A stretch of 64,000 nucleotides of DNA from Candidatus Omnitrophota bacterium (GCA_028712375.1 JAQTQG010000001.1:46126-110125), one strand, 5' to 3'; shown: positions 1-9,937, counted from the first letter of the stretch. Notes: generated by a model not told the origin, from the letters alone. Program-made: numbers and translations.

Positions 1-255
1 GTTTTTTAATATTCCGATTCGCACCATTTTAATTAGGGGCAATTCTGATTGTTCAGCGGGCAGGCCGGCTGAAATGGGAATAGGGGGAGGAATAGTCTGG
101 GACTCTACGCCTTCCGGAGAGTGGGATGAAGGGTTGCTTAAGGCTAAGTTTTTGACGGATCTTTTTAGTAAGTTTTTTTGCCCAGCTGAACCGGAAAAAT
201 GATAAGATGCTCTTTTTTAAATCAATTTTAACTGTGGATTTCATATTTAATTAGA

Positions 256-283
256 TTGACAAGCAGGAATAAAGGAGTATAAT
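256..283 (+). promoter_or_regulatory. putative sigma70-type promoter (TTGACA, 16-nt spacer, TATAAT) upstream of the helicase leader
   Basis: TTGACA at 256-261 and TATAAT at 278-283 read directly from the sequence; a ~285-nt untranslated region follows before the helicase start. Confidence 0.4.
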
Positions 284-309
284 AATTAAAAGATTAGAGA
301 ATTTTGTTT

Positions 310-350
310 GCCGCCAAGGATCCTCGAGCTAACCTTTGCGGCTTTTTTTA
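310..350 (+). terminator. terminator-like GC hairpin plus T-tract inside the helicase 5' leader; possible attenuator or cold-shock leader structure
   Basis: gccgccaagg (310-319) pairs with cctttgcggc (333-342) with one mismatch, followed by tttttttatt. Confidence 0.4.
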
Positions 351-567
351 TTGGCATACCTATTGATTTTTTGAAGTTTATTAGGTTTTAGCCTGCTGCC
401 GGGCAAAGAGAGGTGTAAGATTAAAAAAATAAAAACTTCACTTAAAGGAAGAAAATGCAAGTTTTTACATTGTAAGCATGTTTTAAGTATCTATAATCAT
501 GAGCTTTATTGTCATGTACATCTTGGCCTTTTGGCGCACGATGATAAATCTAAGGCGATGAAATAAT

Positions 568-1866
568 ATGAATAGTAAACCGCAAATTACAGATAATAAT
601 GTTCAGCCAGTAGCGAATTTTTATGGTTTGGGCATTGCTCCGAAAATATTGGATATTTTAGAGAAAATGAAGTTTAAAGTTCCTACTCCCATTCAGTTGA
701 AGGCGATCCCTTTGGCGTTGGAAGGAAAAGATATTATCGGTATTGCTCAGACCGGAACCGGCAAGACTCATTCTTTTGCTATACCGATGATTCAACGTTT
801 AGTGCAGAAAAAGGGACTTGGGTTAGTGCTTGCCCCGACCAGAGAATTGGCGATTCAAATTGATGAAGCTTTTCAGGAGCTTGCGCGCGCTTTTGGCATG
901 CGGACCGCTTGTTTGATTGGCGGGGCGCCGATGCCGCCGCAGGTAGCGGCTTTACGCCGTGATCCGCATGTAGTAATTGCTACGCCGGGAAGGTTAATTG
1001 ACCATATGTCGCAATGGAATTTTCTACCGGATAGCGTAATTATGCTGGTGCTTGATGAAGCTGACCGTATGCTGGATATGGGGTTTGCTCCGCAGATTGA
1101 TAAAATCTTGCGGTTTTTGCCCAGAGAAAGGCAAACAATGCTTTTTTCAGCTACGATGCCTAAAGAAATTATGAATATTGCTTCTAAGCATATGAAGCTG
1201 CCTTTAAGTGTGGAGATTGCTCCACCGGGAACAACCGCTGAACGAGTGACCCAGGAATTATTCATTGTTAAAAAAGAATCTAAAACGCAGTTGCTTAAAA
1301 AGCTGCTGGCACAATACCATGGTTCTGTATTGTTGTTTTCACGCACTAAACATAACGCTAAGAAAATCGTCAGGTCAATTAGGGATATGGGGCATTCGGC
1401 TTCTGAGATACATTCTAACCGTTCTCTTGCTCAGCGCCGGGATGCTTTAGAAGGGTTTAAGTCCGGTAAATATAGAGTGTTGGTGGCTACTGATATTGCT
1501 TCCCGCGGGATTGATGTTACCGGGATTGAACTGGTACTTAATTATGATTTGCCGGAGGATGCGGAAAATTACGTACATCGTATCGGGCGGACCGCCCGCG
1601 CAGGGCATAAGGGGCATGCGGTTTCTTTTGCTACTCCGGATCAGGGGCATGATGTGCGGGATATCGAAAAACTGATTAAGGCTACGCTTCCTGTTTCCAG
1701 GCATGCGGAGCTTACTTTGGATAAATTTGGCGAACCTGGCCAGCAGCAATCCGGCCGGCCGCCGTCGCACCGCCCATCCCATCATGGACAGTCAAAATAT
1801 GGCCAATCAAGACCAGGCCAGGCGAAGAAACCTTTTAAATATCCTAAGCCTAAGTTTTACCGTTAG
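568..1866 (+). CDS. DEAD-box ATP-dependent RNA helicase with a Gly/Pro/Gln/His-rich basic C-terminal tail
   Basis: motif I AQTGTGKT, PTRELA, DEAD box (VLDEADRML), SAT, motif VI HRIGRTAR; 432 aa; low-complexity tail GEPGQQQSGRPPSHRPSHHGQSKYGQSRPGQAKK. Confidence 0.9.
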   Translation: MNSKPQITDNNVQPVANFYGLGIAPKILDILEKMKFKVPTPIQLKAIPLALEGKDIIGIAQTGTGKTHSFAIPMIQRLVQKKGLGLVLAPTRELAIQIDEAFQELARAFGMRTACLIGGAPMPPQVAALRRDPHVVIATPGRLIDHMSQWNFLPDSVIMLVLDEADRMLDMGFAPQIDKILRFLPRERQTMLFSATMPKEIMNIASKHMKLPLSVEIAPPGTTAERVTQELFIVKKESKTQLLKKLLAQYHGSVLLFSRTKHNAKKIVRSIRDMGHSASEIHSNRSLAQRRDALEGFKSGKYRVLVATDIASRGIDVTGIELVLNYDLPEDAENYVHRIGRTARAGHKGHAVSFATPDQGHDVRDIEKLIKATLPVSRHAELTLDKFGEPGQQQSGRPPSHRPSHHGQSKYGQSRPGQAKKPFKYPKPKFYR

Positions 1867-1984
1867 ATTAATTTACTAAGTTAGTTTTGGAATGAGTGTT
1901 TCCCGGCAAGAGAAAGGGGGATGCTCATTTTTCTTTTTTCCTTGCTAACTAAACTCCTTTTAATTATAATAAGTTATTGAAGTT

Positions 1985-3334
1985 TTGAAAAAAGGAGTAG
2001 TTTTGGCTGTTAAACAGCGCATAATTATTAGTTTTGTTATTTTTTGCCTATTCTTTTCTAATCTCCATTTTGTTTTTTGCCAGGATGCTAAATCAAGTTC
2101 CCCCGCGCTTAGCCTTACCGAAGTGGTTCTGACCGCTTTTAAAAATAATAAAGATATTCAAATACAGGAAAAAGAAATTTCAATTGCTCAGGCCGGTATT
2201 CTTGAGGCAAGGAGCGTTTTTCTTCCGCAGGTTAATTTAAATGCAGCTTATACCCATAATGATAAAGTTTTATCTGAAAATATCTTTACCGGATATACTA
2301 ATGATAATTTAGCTAATCTTACTGTAGCGGAATCTGTCTATAGCGGCGGGGCTAATATTGCCAGCTTTAATCAGTCAAAGCTTTCTTTGGATGTCCAGCG
2401 GGAGACTCTGCGCGCTAAAAAACTGGATGTTGAGTTTGATGCCAAAAGGCTTTATTACGGGCTATTATTGGCAATAGAGTCGCTGCGCATTGCCCGCGAT
2501 GCTTTGGATCAGGCGATTGCGCATTATGAAGTTGTTAAACAGATGTATGAATCCGGTAGCGCTTCACGTTTTGATATGTTGCAATCCGGGGTGCAGGTTT
2601 CACTGCTTGAGCCCGATGTGGTTAAAGCTAAGAATGATATTGAGTCTTTGAAAGTTGACCTGAATAAACTTTTAAGCCGCAATACGGATTTTCCGGTGGA
2701 TGTAGATAATGAAAAGCTCGCCTGCACATTTCTGGAGATTAAAGAGGATGAATTCCTAAAAACGGCTTATCTCGGGCGCCCGGAGATGAAGTTAAAAGAT
2801 TTAGGTGTGGATATCGATAAATGGGGTATACAAATGGCCAAGTCCGGATACCGTCCGAATATTGATTTACTGGCCGGGTATTCCTGGCGTTCAAATAATC
2901 CGGGTAATATGCTTAATGATAAACAGTCGAATTGGAATGCCGGTATTTCGGTTAACGTTCCGATCTTTGAAGGGTTTTCTACAAAAGCCAAGGTGGATGC
3001 CGCGCGGGCACGCTATGCCCAGTCTAAACTCAGTAAAGAGAATCTTTATGATCAGATAGCCGTGGAAGTGCGTAAAGGCTGCTTGGGGCTTAAGCAGGCG
3101 CAGGCGATTATTAAATCCCAGCAGGACAATGTAGCGCAGGCCCGGGAGGCTTTGAGGATTGCCCAGGTCAGTTATGCCAATGGAGTAGCGATAAACCTGG
3201 ATGTTTTAGACGCACAGACTTCGCTGGCGCAGATACAGAAAAACCTGGTTTCCGGCATCTATGATTATTTAATGGCGCTTGCTTATCTTGAGCGGAGTAT
3301 GGGCAAGCCTTTTATTAAGGAGAGCCAAGTATGA
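1985..3334 (+). CDS. TolC-family outer membrane efflux protein
   Basis: 449 aa with an N-terminal signal-like hydrophobic segment and TolC-like coiled-coil/beta repeats; stop overlaps the start of the downstream HlyD gene. Confidence 0.7.
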   Translation: MKKGVVLAVKQRIIISFVIFCLFFSNLHFVFCQDAKSSSPALSLTEVVLTAFKNNKDIQIQEKEISIAQAGILEARSVFLPQVNLNAAYTHNDKVLSENIFTGYTNDNLANLTVAESVYSGGANIASFNQSKLSLDVQRETLRAKKLDVEFDAKRLYYGLLLAIESLRIARDALDQAIAHYEVVKQMYESGSASRFDMLQSGVQVSLLEPDVVKAKNDIESLKVDLNKLLSRNTDFPVDVDNEKLACTFLEIKEDEFLKTAYLGRPEMKLKDLGVDIDKWGIQMAKSGYRPNIDLLAGYSWRSNNPGNMLNDKQSNWNAGISVNVPIFEGFSTKAKVDAARARYAQSKLSKENLYDQIAVEVRKGCLGLKQAQAIIKSQQDNVAQAREALRIAQVSYANGVAINLDVLDAQTSLAQIQKNLVSGIYDYLMALAYLERSMGKPFIKESQV

Positions 3335-4161
3335 AGAATAAAATTAAATTTATTATTTTAATTGCCGTAATTATAATTTTAGGCGTAAGCTGTTTAGTTT
3401 ATTTCTTGGATGAAAGAGACCATAATAAACGTATTAAAGTTTCCGGGAATATTGAAGGAGATGATGTGCGTATTTCCTTTCGGGTTGACGGACAGATAGT
3501 TGAACTGCTTACTGACGAAGGTAAACAGGTTAAGCAGGGGCAAATAGTGGCGCGTTTAAATACGGATGAGTTGACTAAAGAAAGGGATAACGCTGCCGCT
3601 TCGCTGAAAGCTGCGGAGTTTGATTATGAGTTGGCCAAGATTGATTATCAAAGATCAGAGAATTTGCTGAAAGAAGGCGCGGTTTCTGTGCAGCAAAGAG
3701 ACCAGGATAAAACAACCTTTGATGCCAGTAGCGCTAAGGTCGAGCAATTGAGGGCTTCGTTGGCTTTGGCACAGACGCGCCTGGGTTTTGCGGAATTGGC
3801 CAGCCCTTTAGACGGGTTTGTTTTGGTGAAGAGCGGTTTAGCCGGCGAAGTGGTTAAGTCCGGTGCGCCGGTTTTTACGGCGATTGATTTAAATAATATC
3901 TGGGTTACCGCTTATATCAATGAAAAAGACCTGGGAAGGGTAAAGCTTGATCAAAAAGCGGAGGTGGTTACCGATACATTTCCCGGAAAGAAATATAATG
4001 GAAGGGTTTCTTTCGTTTCAAACCAGGCAGAATTCACGCCTAAGTTCATTCAAACCCAGGAAGAAAGAGTCAAGCTGGTTTACCGGATTAAGGTGCAAGT
4101 AGATAACTCCAGCCTGGAATTGAAACCGGGCATGCCGGCGGACGCCTATATTATCGAATAA
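3331..4161 (+). CDS. HlyD-family periplasmic adaptor (membrane fusion protein), YbhG-like
   Basis: 276 aa, single N-terminal TM segment, coiled-coil region, C-terminal beta domain; 4-nt overlap with the upstream gene. Confidence 0.7.
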   Translation: MKNKIKFIILIAVIIILGVSCLVYFLDERDHNKRIKVSGNIEGDDVRISFRVDGQIVELLTDEGKQVKQGQIVARLNTDELTKERDNAAASLKAAEFDYELAKIDYQRSENLLKEGAVSVQQRDQDKTTFDASSAKVEQLRASLALAQTRLGFAELASPLDGFVLVKSGLAGEVVKSGAPVFTAIDLNNIWVTAYINEKDLGRVKLDQKAEVVTDTFPGKKYNGRVSFVSNQAEFTPKFIQTQEERVKLVYRIKVQVDNSSLELKPGMPADAYIIE

Positions 4162-4164
4162 ATC

Positions 4165-4905
4165 ATGCCTGTTATTAAATCTGAGGGGTTAACTAAAAGC
4201 TTTGGTTCACTTGTGGCCGTGGATAATCTTAATTTGGCGGTGCAAGAGGGGGAAATTTTTGGTTTAGTCGGCCCGGATGGAGCAGGAAAAACCACGACTA
4301 TGCGTTTATTGACCAGTATTCTTGATCCTACGCAAGGCCAAGCCTGGGTATATAACAAGCATACCGTAAAAGAAGCGGAAAGTTTGAAAGAATGTATCGC
4401 TTATATGTCTCAGCGTTTTGGGCTTTATGAAGAATTAACTGTAATTGAAAATATAAATTTTTATGCCGATGTTTATGGGGTCTCCAGAGGTAAACGCCAG
4501 GAATCCGTTGACCGCCTGCTGGGGTTTTCCGGGTTATTGCCTTTTAAGCAGCGTTTAGCGGGAAAGCTTTCCGGAGGCATGAAACAAAAGCTCGGGTTGG
4601 CTTGCGCTTTAATTCACACCCCTAAAGTTTTATTTCTCGATGAGCCCACTAATGGCGTAGACCCGGTTTCCAGAAGGGATTTCTGGAAGATACTTTATGA
4701 TCTTTTAAAAGAAAAAGTAACAATTTTTTGCTCGACATCTTATCTTGATGAAGCCGAACGCTGTCATCGGGTAGGTTTAATGCACAAAGGAAGGCTTTTG
4801 CGTTGCGACACCCCCGATAATATTAAAAAAGAACGTAATGTTAAAACATTGGAAGAAGCGTTCATACAAATAATTAAAGAATATGAAGGAACTCCAGCAG
4901 GATAA
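4165..4905 (+). CDS. ABC transporter ATP-binding protein (NBD 1 of a split YbhF-like tandem ATPase)
   Basis: Walker A GPDGAGKTT, canonical signature LSGGMKQK, Walker B LFLDEPT. Confidence 0.85.
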   Translation: MPVIKSEGLTKSFGSLVAVDNLNLAVQEGEIFGLVGPDGAGKTTTMRLLTSILDPTQGQAWVYNKHTVKEAESLKECIAYMSQRFGLYEELTVIENINFYADVYGVSRGKRQESVDRLLGFSGLLPFKQRLAGKLSGGMKQKLGLACALIHTPKVLFLDEPTNGVDPVSRRDFWKILYDLLKEKVTIFCSTSYLDEAERCHRVGLMHKGRLLRCDTPDNIKKERNVKTLEEAFIQIIKEYEGTPAG

Positions 4906-5848
4906 TATTGCGGTAAGCGTGCAGGATCTTGAAAAAAGATTCGGCAGCTTTGTGGCCGTGAATAAGATTAATTTTAAAGTTCAAAAAGGGGAGATTTTTG
5001 GTTTTTTAGGCCCTAATGGCGCAGGAAAATCCACTACTATCAGAATGCTTTGCGGAATTATCGGGCCTACTTCCGGAAGCGGGCAGGTCGGCGGATACGA
5101 TATCATTAATGAGCAGTACAAAATTAAAGAGCATATTGGGTATATGTCACAGAAGTTTTCTCTCTATAATGACCTGACCGTAGAAGAGAATATTAATTTT
5201 TACAGCGGCATATATAAGATTCCGAAAGCCGTAAAAAAACAACGCCGGGATGAGGTGATTGCCGCGGCAGGCCTAGAGGGGATGCAGGGGGCTCTTACTT
5301 CCACATTAGCTGCCGGTTGGAAGCAGCGTTTGGCTTTAGGGTGTGCGCTTTTGCATAAGCCAAGGATTATATTTCTGGATGAACCTACTTCCGGGGTTGA
5401 CCCGATTACCCGGGCTAATTTTTGGGGGATTATTAAGGATTTGGCTAAGCAGGGGGTAACCGTTTTTATTACTACGCATTATATGGATGAAGCAGAAAAT
5501 TGTAACCGTATGGTGCTGATTTATCACGGGACAATTATTGCCATGGGTACTCCGCAAGAAATGAAAAGCAGCTGCATGAAAAATGAAGTGTTGGAGATTA
5601 CTCTGCCTTACGCACAAGGCTGGCTTGAGAAGTTAAGCCGGCTGGAAGGGGTTAAAGAAGCGGCGCTTTTTGGGTCAAATATCCATGCGGTTGTTTATAA
5701 CAGCTCTTTGGCGATACCGGTAATTCAAAAATTCCTGCAGAATGAAAATGCCGGCGGGTTCAGTATTAATAAAATTATTCCTTCGCTTGAAGACGTATTT
5801 GTTTCTTCTATAGAAGAATATGATAAAACAGAGCTTAAAAAGAATTAA
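4883..5848 (+). CDS. ABC transporter ATP-binding protein (NBD 2) with a degenerate signature motif
   Basis: Walker A GPNGAGKST and Walker B IFLDEPT are present; LAAGWKQR stands where LSGGQ is expected; 23-nt overlap with NBD 1. Confidence 0.8.
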   Translation: MKELQQDNIAVSVQDLEKRFGSFVAVNKINFKVQKGEIFGFLGPNGAGKSTTIRMLCGIIGPTSGSGQVGGYDIINEQYKIKEHIGYMSQKFSLYNDLTVEENINFYSGIYKIPKAVKKQRRDEVIAAAGLEGMQGALTSTLAAGWKQRLALGCALLHKPRIIFLDEPTSGVDPITRANFWGIIKDLAKQGVTVFITTHYMDEAENCNRMVLIYHGTIIAMGTPQEMKSSCMKNEVLEITLPYAQGWLEKLSRLEGVKEAALFGSNIHAVVYNSSLAIPVIQKFLQNENAGGFSINKIIPSLEDVFVSSIEEYDKTELKKN

Positions 5849-6962
5849 AGCCGTCGCGCACAAGGAATTTGTGCAAATTAAGCGTGATGCCCGTAGTTTA
5901 GGGTTGGCGCTGGCAATCCCTGTATTTATGCTTTTAATTTTCGGCTACGGGCTTTCTTTAGATATTGACCAAGTGCCCACGGTTGTTTGGAATCAGGACC
6001 CTTCTTCAGAAGTAACGCGTGAATTCCTGCTTAATTTTAAAAACTCCAAGTATTTTAAAATTACCGGTTATACCGATAATTACCGGGATATTCAGAAAAA
6101 AATAGACGATGGGCAGATTATGATGGCTTTGATTATCCCTAAAGACTTTTCGCATTATATTCAGTCCGGGAAAGTTGCGCCTTTACAGTTAATCGTGGAT
6201 GGTTCTGATGCCAATACCGCTACTATTGCTATGGGGTATGTGCGATCAGTAGTTTCGGAATATAATGTGGAGCTTTTGAGTAATCTCTTTGCCAAGCATG
6301 GTTTAAACCCGGCTAAATCTTTAAATGTTCATCCCCGGATTTGGTTTAATATGGGTTTAACCAGTACCTGGTTTATTGTCCCGGGAGTAATCGCGATGAT
6401 TATTATGATTATCTCGGCATTGTTGATTTCAATTACCATTGCCCGCGAGTGGGAGAGGGGGACGATGGAGCAATTAATCTCTACTCCGGTAAAAGGCTAT
6501 GAGCTTATTATCGGTAAATTCCTGCCTTATTTTGCCATAGCTTTTTTTGACCTTGGGGTAGGGGTGGTGATGGCCCAATATTTATTCGGTGTGCCTTTTC
6601 GCGGCAGCTATGTTTTGTTGATAATTTTAAGCTCTTTATTTATTACCGGGGCTTTGTCTCAAGGGATATTGATTTCAGTCTCATCTAAGACGCAGCTTAT
6701 GGCTAGCCAGATGGCTAGCATTAGTACACTTATTCCGACCATGTTATTGAGCGGTTTTATTTATCCAATTTTTAATATGCCGAAATTTATACAGTTGTTT
6801 ACCTATTTTATTCCGGCGCGTTATTATATTACAGTATTAAGAGACCTGTTCCTTAAAGGTAACGGTATTGCTACAATTTGGGATGAGGCGTTTCTTCTTT
6901 TTCTTTTTGCCGGTATTATGTTTACTTTTGCGGTAAGCAGGTTTAAGAAGAAGGTGGCGTAA
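5820..6962 (+). CDS. ABC-2 family permease (YbhS/YbhR-like)
   Basis: 380 aa; N-terminal KEFVQIKRDARSL motif, then a large extracytoplasmic domain and 5-6 C-terminal TM helices typical of ABC-2 permeases. Confidence 0.75.
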   Translation: MIKQSLKRIKAVAHKEFVQIKRDARSLGLALAIPVFMLLIFGYGLSLDIDQVPTVVWNQDPSSEVTREFLLNFKNSKYFKITGYTDNYRDIQKKIDDGQIMMALIIPKDFSHYIQSGKVAPLQLIVDGSDANTATIAMGYVRSVVSEYNVELLSNLFAKHGLNPAKSLNVHPRIWFNMGLTSTWFIVPGVIAMIIMIISALLISITIAREWERGTMEQLISTPVKGYELIIGKFLPYFAIAFFDLGVGVVMAQYLFGVPFRGSYVLLIILSSLFITGALSQGILISVSSKTQLMASQMASISTLIPTMLLSGFIYPIFNMPKFIQLFTYFIPARYYITVLRDLFLKGNGIATIWDEAFLLFLFAGIMFTFAVSRFKKKVA

Positions 6963-6965
6963 AAA

Positions 6966-7067
6966 GTAGTTCAATCCCGCTGTGTGGGATTTCACACTAG
7001 ATAAAAGCTTAAGTCGCTCAATCCCGCTGCGCGGGATTTCACGCTAGACCAAAGCTTAAGGAGTTCA
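6966..7067 (+). repeat. two 47-bp tandem direct repeats (about 85% identical) plus a partial third copy that runs into the RBS and start codon of the downstream permease
   Basis: unit A 6966-7012 gtagttcaatcccgctgtgtgggatttcacactagataaaagcttaa; unit B 7013-7059 gtcgctcaatcccgctgcgcgggatttcacgctagaccaaagcttaa; each unit contains a conserved stem aatccc/gggatt. Confidence 0.8.
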
Positions 7068-8195
7068 ATGTTTGAACGGGTAAAGGCAATTTTTATTAAA
7101 GAATTTAAACAGATTTTCCGTGACCCCCGGATGAAGATGATAATTTTTATCTCTCCGCTTATCCAGATAATTTTATTCGGTTATGCGGCGAATAAAGATA
7201 TTACTTACATTCCTACGGCTATTTATGACCAGGATAATACTGCGCAAAGCCGGCAGTTGCTGCGTAGTTTTACTTATTCTAAGTATTTTATTCCCGAGCA
7301 GTATATTTATAATGATAAAGAGCAAAATTTTGTTTTGGATAAAGGCAGGGTAGGTGTGGTTATCCGTATTGACCGTGGATTTGGCCGCAACCTAGTGGCG
7401 AATAAAGATGCCAATGTGCAGCTTGCTTTTGATGGCACGGATTCCAATACCGCGATGATTGTGCTGGGTTATGCCAATACCATTATCGCTGATTATCAGC
7501 AGGAGTTGCTTAAACAAAAAGCCCAAGCAGCGGGTTTTATCAACATTGTTCCCAGTGTTGAGCTTAGGGACCGTGCCTGGTTTAACGGGAATCTGGTTAC
7601 CAGAAATTATTATTTGCCCGGGGTAATTGCCACGATTGTAACGATGATGTCTCTTTTATTAACGGCAATGGCCATCGTTAAGGAAAAGGAGATCGGCACA
7701 ATGGAGCAGCTAACGGTTAGCCCGTTAAGGCCGCTAGAACTTATTATCGGCAAGCTGATGCCTTTTGCTTTGATCGCGCTGGTGCAGATTCTTTTGATTA
7801 CGGTTTTAGGTGTATTTTGGTTCCAATTACCGTTACGGGGTAATGTTTTCTTTTTGCTGTTTTCTACCTGCATATATTTATTTACTACTTTAGGGATCGG
7901 TTTATTTATTTCCACAATATCCGCAACTCAACAGGAAGCAAATATGTCGGTTTTCCTTTATTATCTGCCCACGGTTTTACTTTCCGGGTTTGCTTATCCG
8001 ATATCCAATATGCCCCAGGTTATTCAATGGTTCACTATTTTTAATCCAATGCGGTATTTTATGGTTGTGATTAGAAGTATCTTTTTAAAAGGTGTCGGTA
8101 TAGAGGTTCTTTGGCCGCAACTCTTGCCGCTTTTGTTTGGCGGGATTGTGGTTATTATTTTAAGTTCTTTGCGTTTTCGCAAAGGGTTAACCTGA
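7068..8195 (+). CDS. ABC-2 family permease, paralog of the upstream permease
   Basis: 375 aa; same N-terminal KEFKQIFRDPR motif and C-terminal TM bundle as the upstream permease. Confidence 0.75.
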   Translation: MFERVKAIFIKEFKQIFRDPRMKMIIFISPLIQIILFGYAANKDITYIPTAIYDQDNTAQSRQLLRSFTYSKYFIPEQYIYNDKEQNFVLDKGRVGVVIRIDRGFGRNLVANKDANVQLAFDGTDSNTAMIVLGYANTIIADYQQELLKQKAQAAGFINIVPSVELRDRAWFNGNLVTRNYYLPGVIATIVTMMSLLLTAMAIVKEKEIGTMEQLTVSPLRPLELIIGKLMPFALIALVQILLITVLGVFWFQLPLRGNVFFLLFSTCIYLFTTLGIGLFISTISATQQEANMSVFLYYLPTVLLSGFAYPISNMPQVIQWFTIFNPMRYFMVVIRSIFLKGVGIEVLWPQLLPLLFGGIVVIILSSLRFRKGLT

Positions 8196-8204
8196 TTTCT
8201 TAAG

Positions 8205-9425
8205 ATGAATATTCAAAAGAAAGCCGCGTTTAAACTTATTTTTCTTTTTGGCCTGGTCAGCCTTTTTGGCGATATGGTTTATGAAGCTGGCCGCAGTGTT
8301 AACGGCCCGTATTTAAAAACCTTGGGGGCTAATGCCGCGATTGTCGGGTTGGTCTCCGGATTAGCGGAATTTTTAGGCTATGCCGTACGTTTATTCTCCG
8401 GGTATTTTGCCGATAAAACAAAAGCCTATTGGTTATTTACCTTTTTAGGATATGGCATGTTGATAAGCGTACCGTTGCTTGCGTTGACTGGTATTTGGCA
8501 GGTAGCAGTTGTTTTTATTGTTATGGAAAGATTAGGCAAGGCGATCCGCAGCCCGGCTAAAGATACGATTCTGTCGCAAGCGACAAAGCAGGTAGGTACG
8601 GGGTTTGGTTTTGCTATCGCCGAGGTGCTTGACCAGATTGGAGCAATTACCGGGCCTTTAATTTTTACCTTGCTTTTTATGATTATCGGTAAGGGAGACA
8701 GGTCTTTGGCTGATTATCAGCATGGTTATGCATTGCTTTGGATACCGCTGATATTAGTTTTGTTTTGTATTTTCTTTGCCTATCGCGCTGTTCCTAATCC
8801 GGCAGTCCTGGAGAATTTGTCTGTTAAACATCCTGAATCGGATAAATTGGGCAGGGTTTTCTGGATTTACACCGTATTTACTTTTGTTACTACTTTGGGT
8901 TTTGCTAATTTTGCTTTAGTGGGTTTTCACCTGAAAGCCAGACATGTGCTTACCGATGCGCAAATTCCTTTGTTTTATGCTTTAGCGATGGGAGTGGATG
9001 CTGTAGCGGCAATGGCTATTGGTAAAACTTACGATATTTTTAAAGCCAAGCGAAATAATGAAAAGGCAGGTTTGATTACCTTAATTGCTATTCCCGTGCT
9101 TTCATTATTAATCCCCGGATTAGTTTTTTCTACGCAATTCTCATTGGTTCTGGCGGGAGTAATTATCTGGGGGCTGGTAATGGGTTTTCATGAAACAATT
9201 ATGAAATCGGCGATTGCCGATATCACATCTTTGAAGAAGAGAGGGACAGGCTATGGCATATTTAATGCCGCTTATGGCCTGGCGATATTTATCGGCAGCG
9301 CCCTTACCGGATTGCTTTATGAGTATTCTGTATTTTCCGTGATTTGCATCAGTATTGTGATGGAAATCACGGCAATCTTAATTTTCATTATCCTTAAAAA
9401 AGAAGCCTTGACTGTAAAATATTAG
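8205..9425 (+). CDS. MFS-type transporter
   Basis: 406 aa with about 12 predicted TM helices and a Gly-rich helix pattern. Confidence 0.55.
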   Translation: MNIQKKAAFKLIFLFGLVSLFGDMVYEAGRSVNGPYLKTLGANAAIVGLVSGLAEFLGYAVRLFSGYFADKTKAYWLFTFLGYGMLISVPLLALTGIWQVAVVFIVMERLGKAIRSPAKDTILSQATKQVGTGFGFAIAEVLDQIGAITGPLIFTLLFMIIGKGDRSLADYQHGYALLWIPLILVLFCIFFAYRAVPNPAVLENLSVKHPESDKLGRVFWIYTVFTFVTTLGFANFALVGFHLKARHVLTDAQIPLFYALAMGVDAVAAMAIGKTYDIFKAKRNNEKAGLITLIAIPVLSLLIPGLVFSTQFSLVLAGVIIWGLVMGFHETIMKSAIADITSLKKRGTGYGIFNAAYGLAIFIGSALTGLLYEYSVFSVICISIVMEITAILIFIILKKEALTVKY

Positions 9426-9470
9426 TATGCTACTATTTTTAAATTAATAGCACACTATCCAGGGAGTTTT

Positions 9471-9881
9471 ATGACATTAATTCGTTTTGGAGTTTCTATT
9501 GAAAAAGACCTCCTGAAAAAATTTGATTCTTTCATTAAAGATAAAGCATATACTAACCGTTCCGAAGCGTTTCGTGATTTAATCCGCCAGGAATTAATCC
9601 AAAAACAGTGGCAAGGCGGGCAGGAAGTGGCGGGGGCGATTACGCTAATTTATGACCATCATAAGCGGGAGCTGGTGAATAAGTTGATGGATATCCAGCA
9701 TGAATTTACAGATATGATTATTTCTTCGCAGCATGTCCATCTGGACCATAATAATTGCCTGGAGATTATCGCGGTTAAAGGCTCACCCAGGCAAGCGCAG
9801 AGGTTAGCGGATAGTTTGAAGTCAGTGAAGGGGGTTAAACACGGAACGTTGAATATGTCGACTACCGGTAAAGGTATTTAG
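9471..9881 (+). CDS. nikR: nickel-responsive transcriptional regulator NikR
   Basis: ribbon-helix-helix N-terminus (NRSEAFRDLIR); C-terminal metal site HVHLDHNNCLEIIAVKG aligns with E. coli NikR HVHINHDDCLEIAVLKG. Confidence 0.9.
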   Translation: MTLIRFGVSIEKDLLKKFDSFIKDKAYTNRSEAFRDLIRQELIQKQWQGGQEVAGAITLIYDHHKRELVNKLMDIQHEFTDMIISSQHVHLDHNNCLEIIAVKGSPRQAQRLADSLKSVKGVKHGTLNMSTTGKGI

Positions 9882-9937
9882 AAATATTATTTTTTATTTA
9901 TCAGTAACACGTATTTTATATTAATAACACTAGGAGG

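Noticed and set aside
53-244. 63-aa basic minus-strand ORF at the window start
   Set aside because: No homology signal or RBS evidence; it may be real but is unsupported, so it is not listed as a feature.
873-1785. minus-strand ORFs 873-1346 (157 aa) and 1447-1785 (112 aa)
   Set aside because: They lie entirely inside the well-supported + strand DEAD-box helicase gene and have no recognisable motifs; antisense-frame artefacts.
6966-7067. possible CRISPR array
   Set aside because: Only two and a fraction repeat copies with no spacer-like unique inserts, and no cas genes; the units duplicate the downstream gene's leader.
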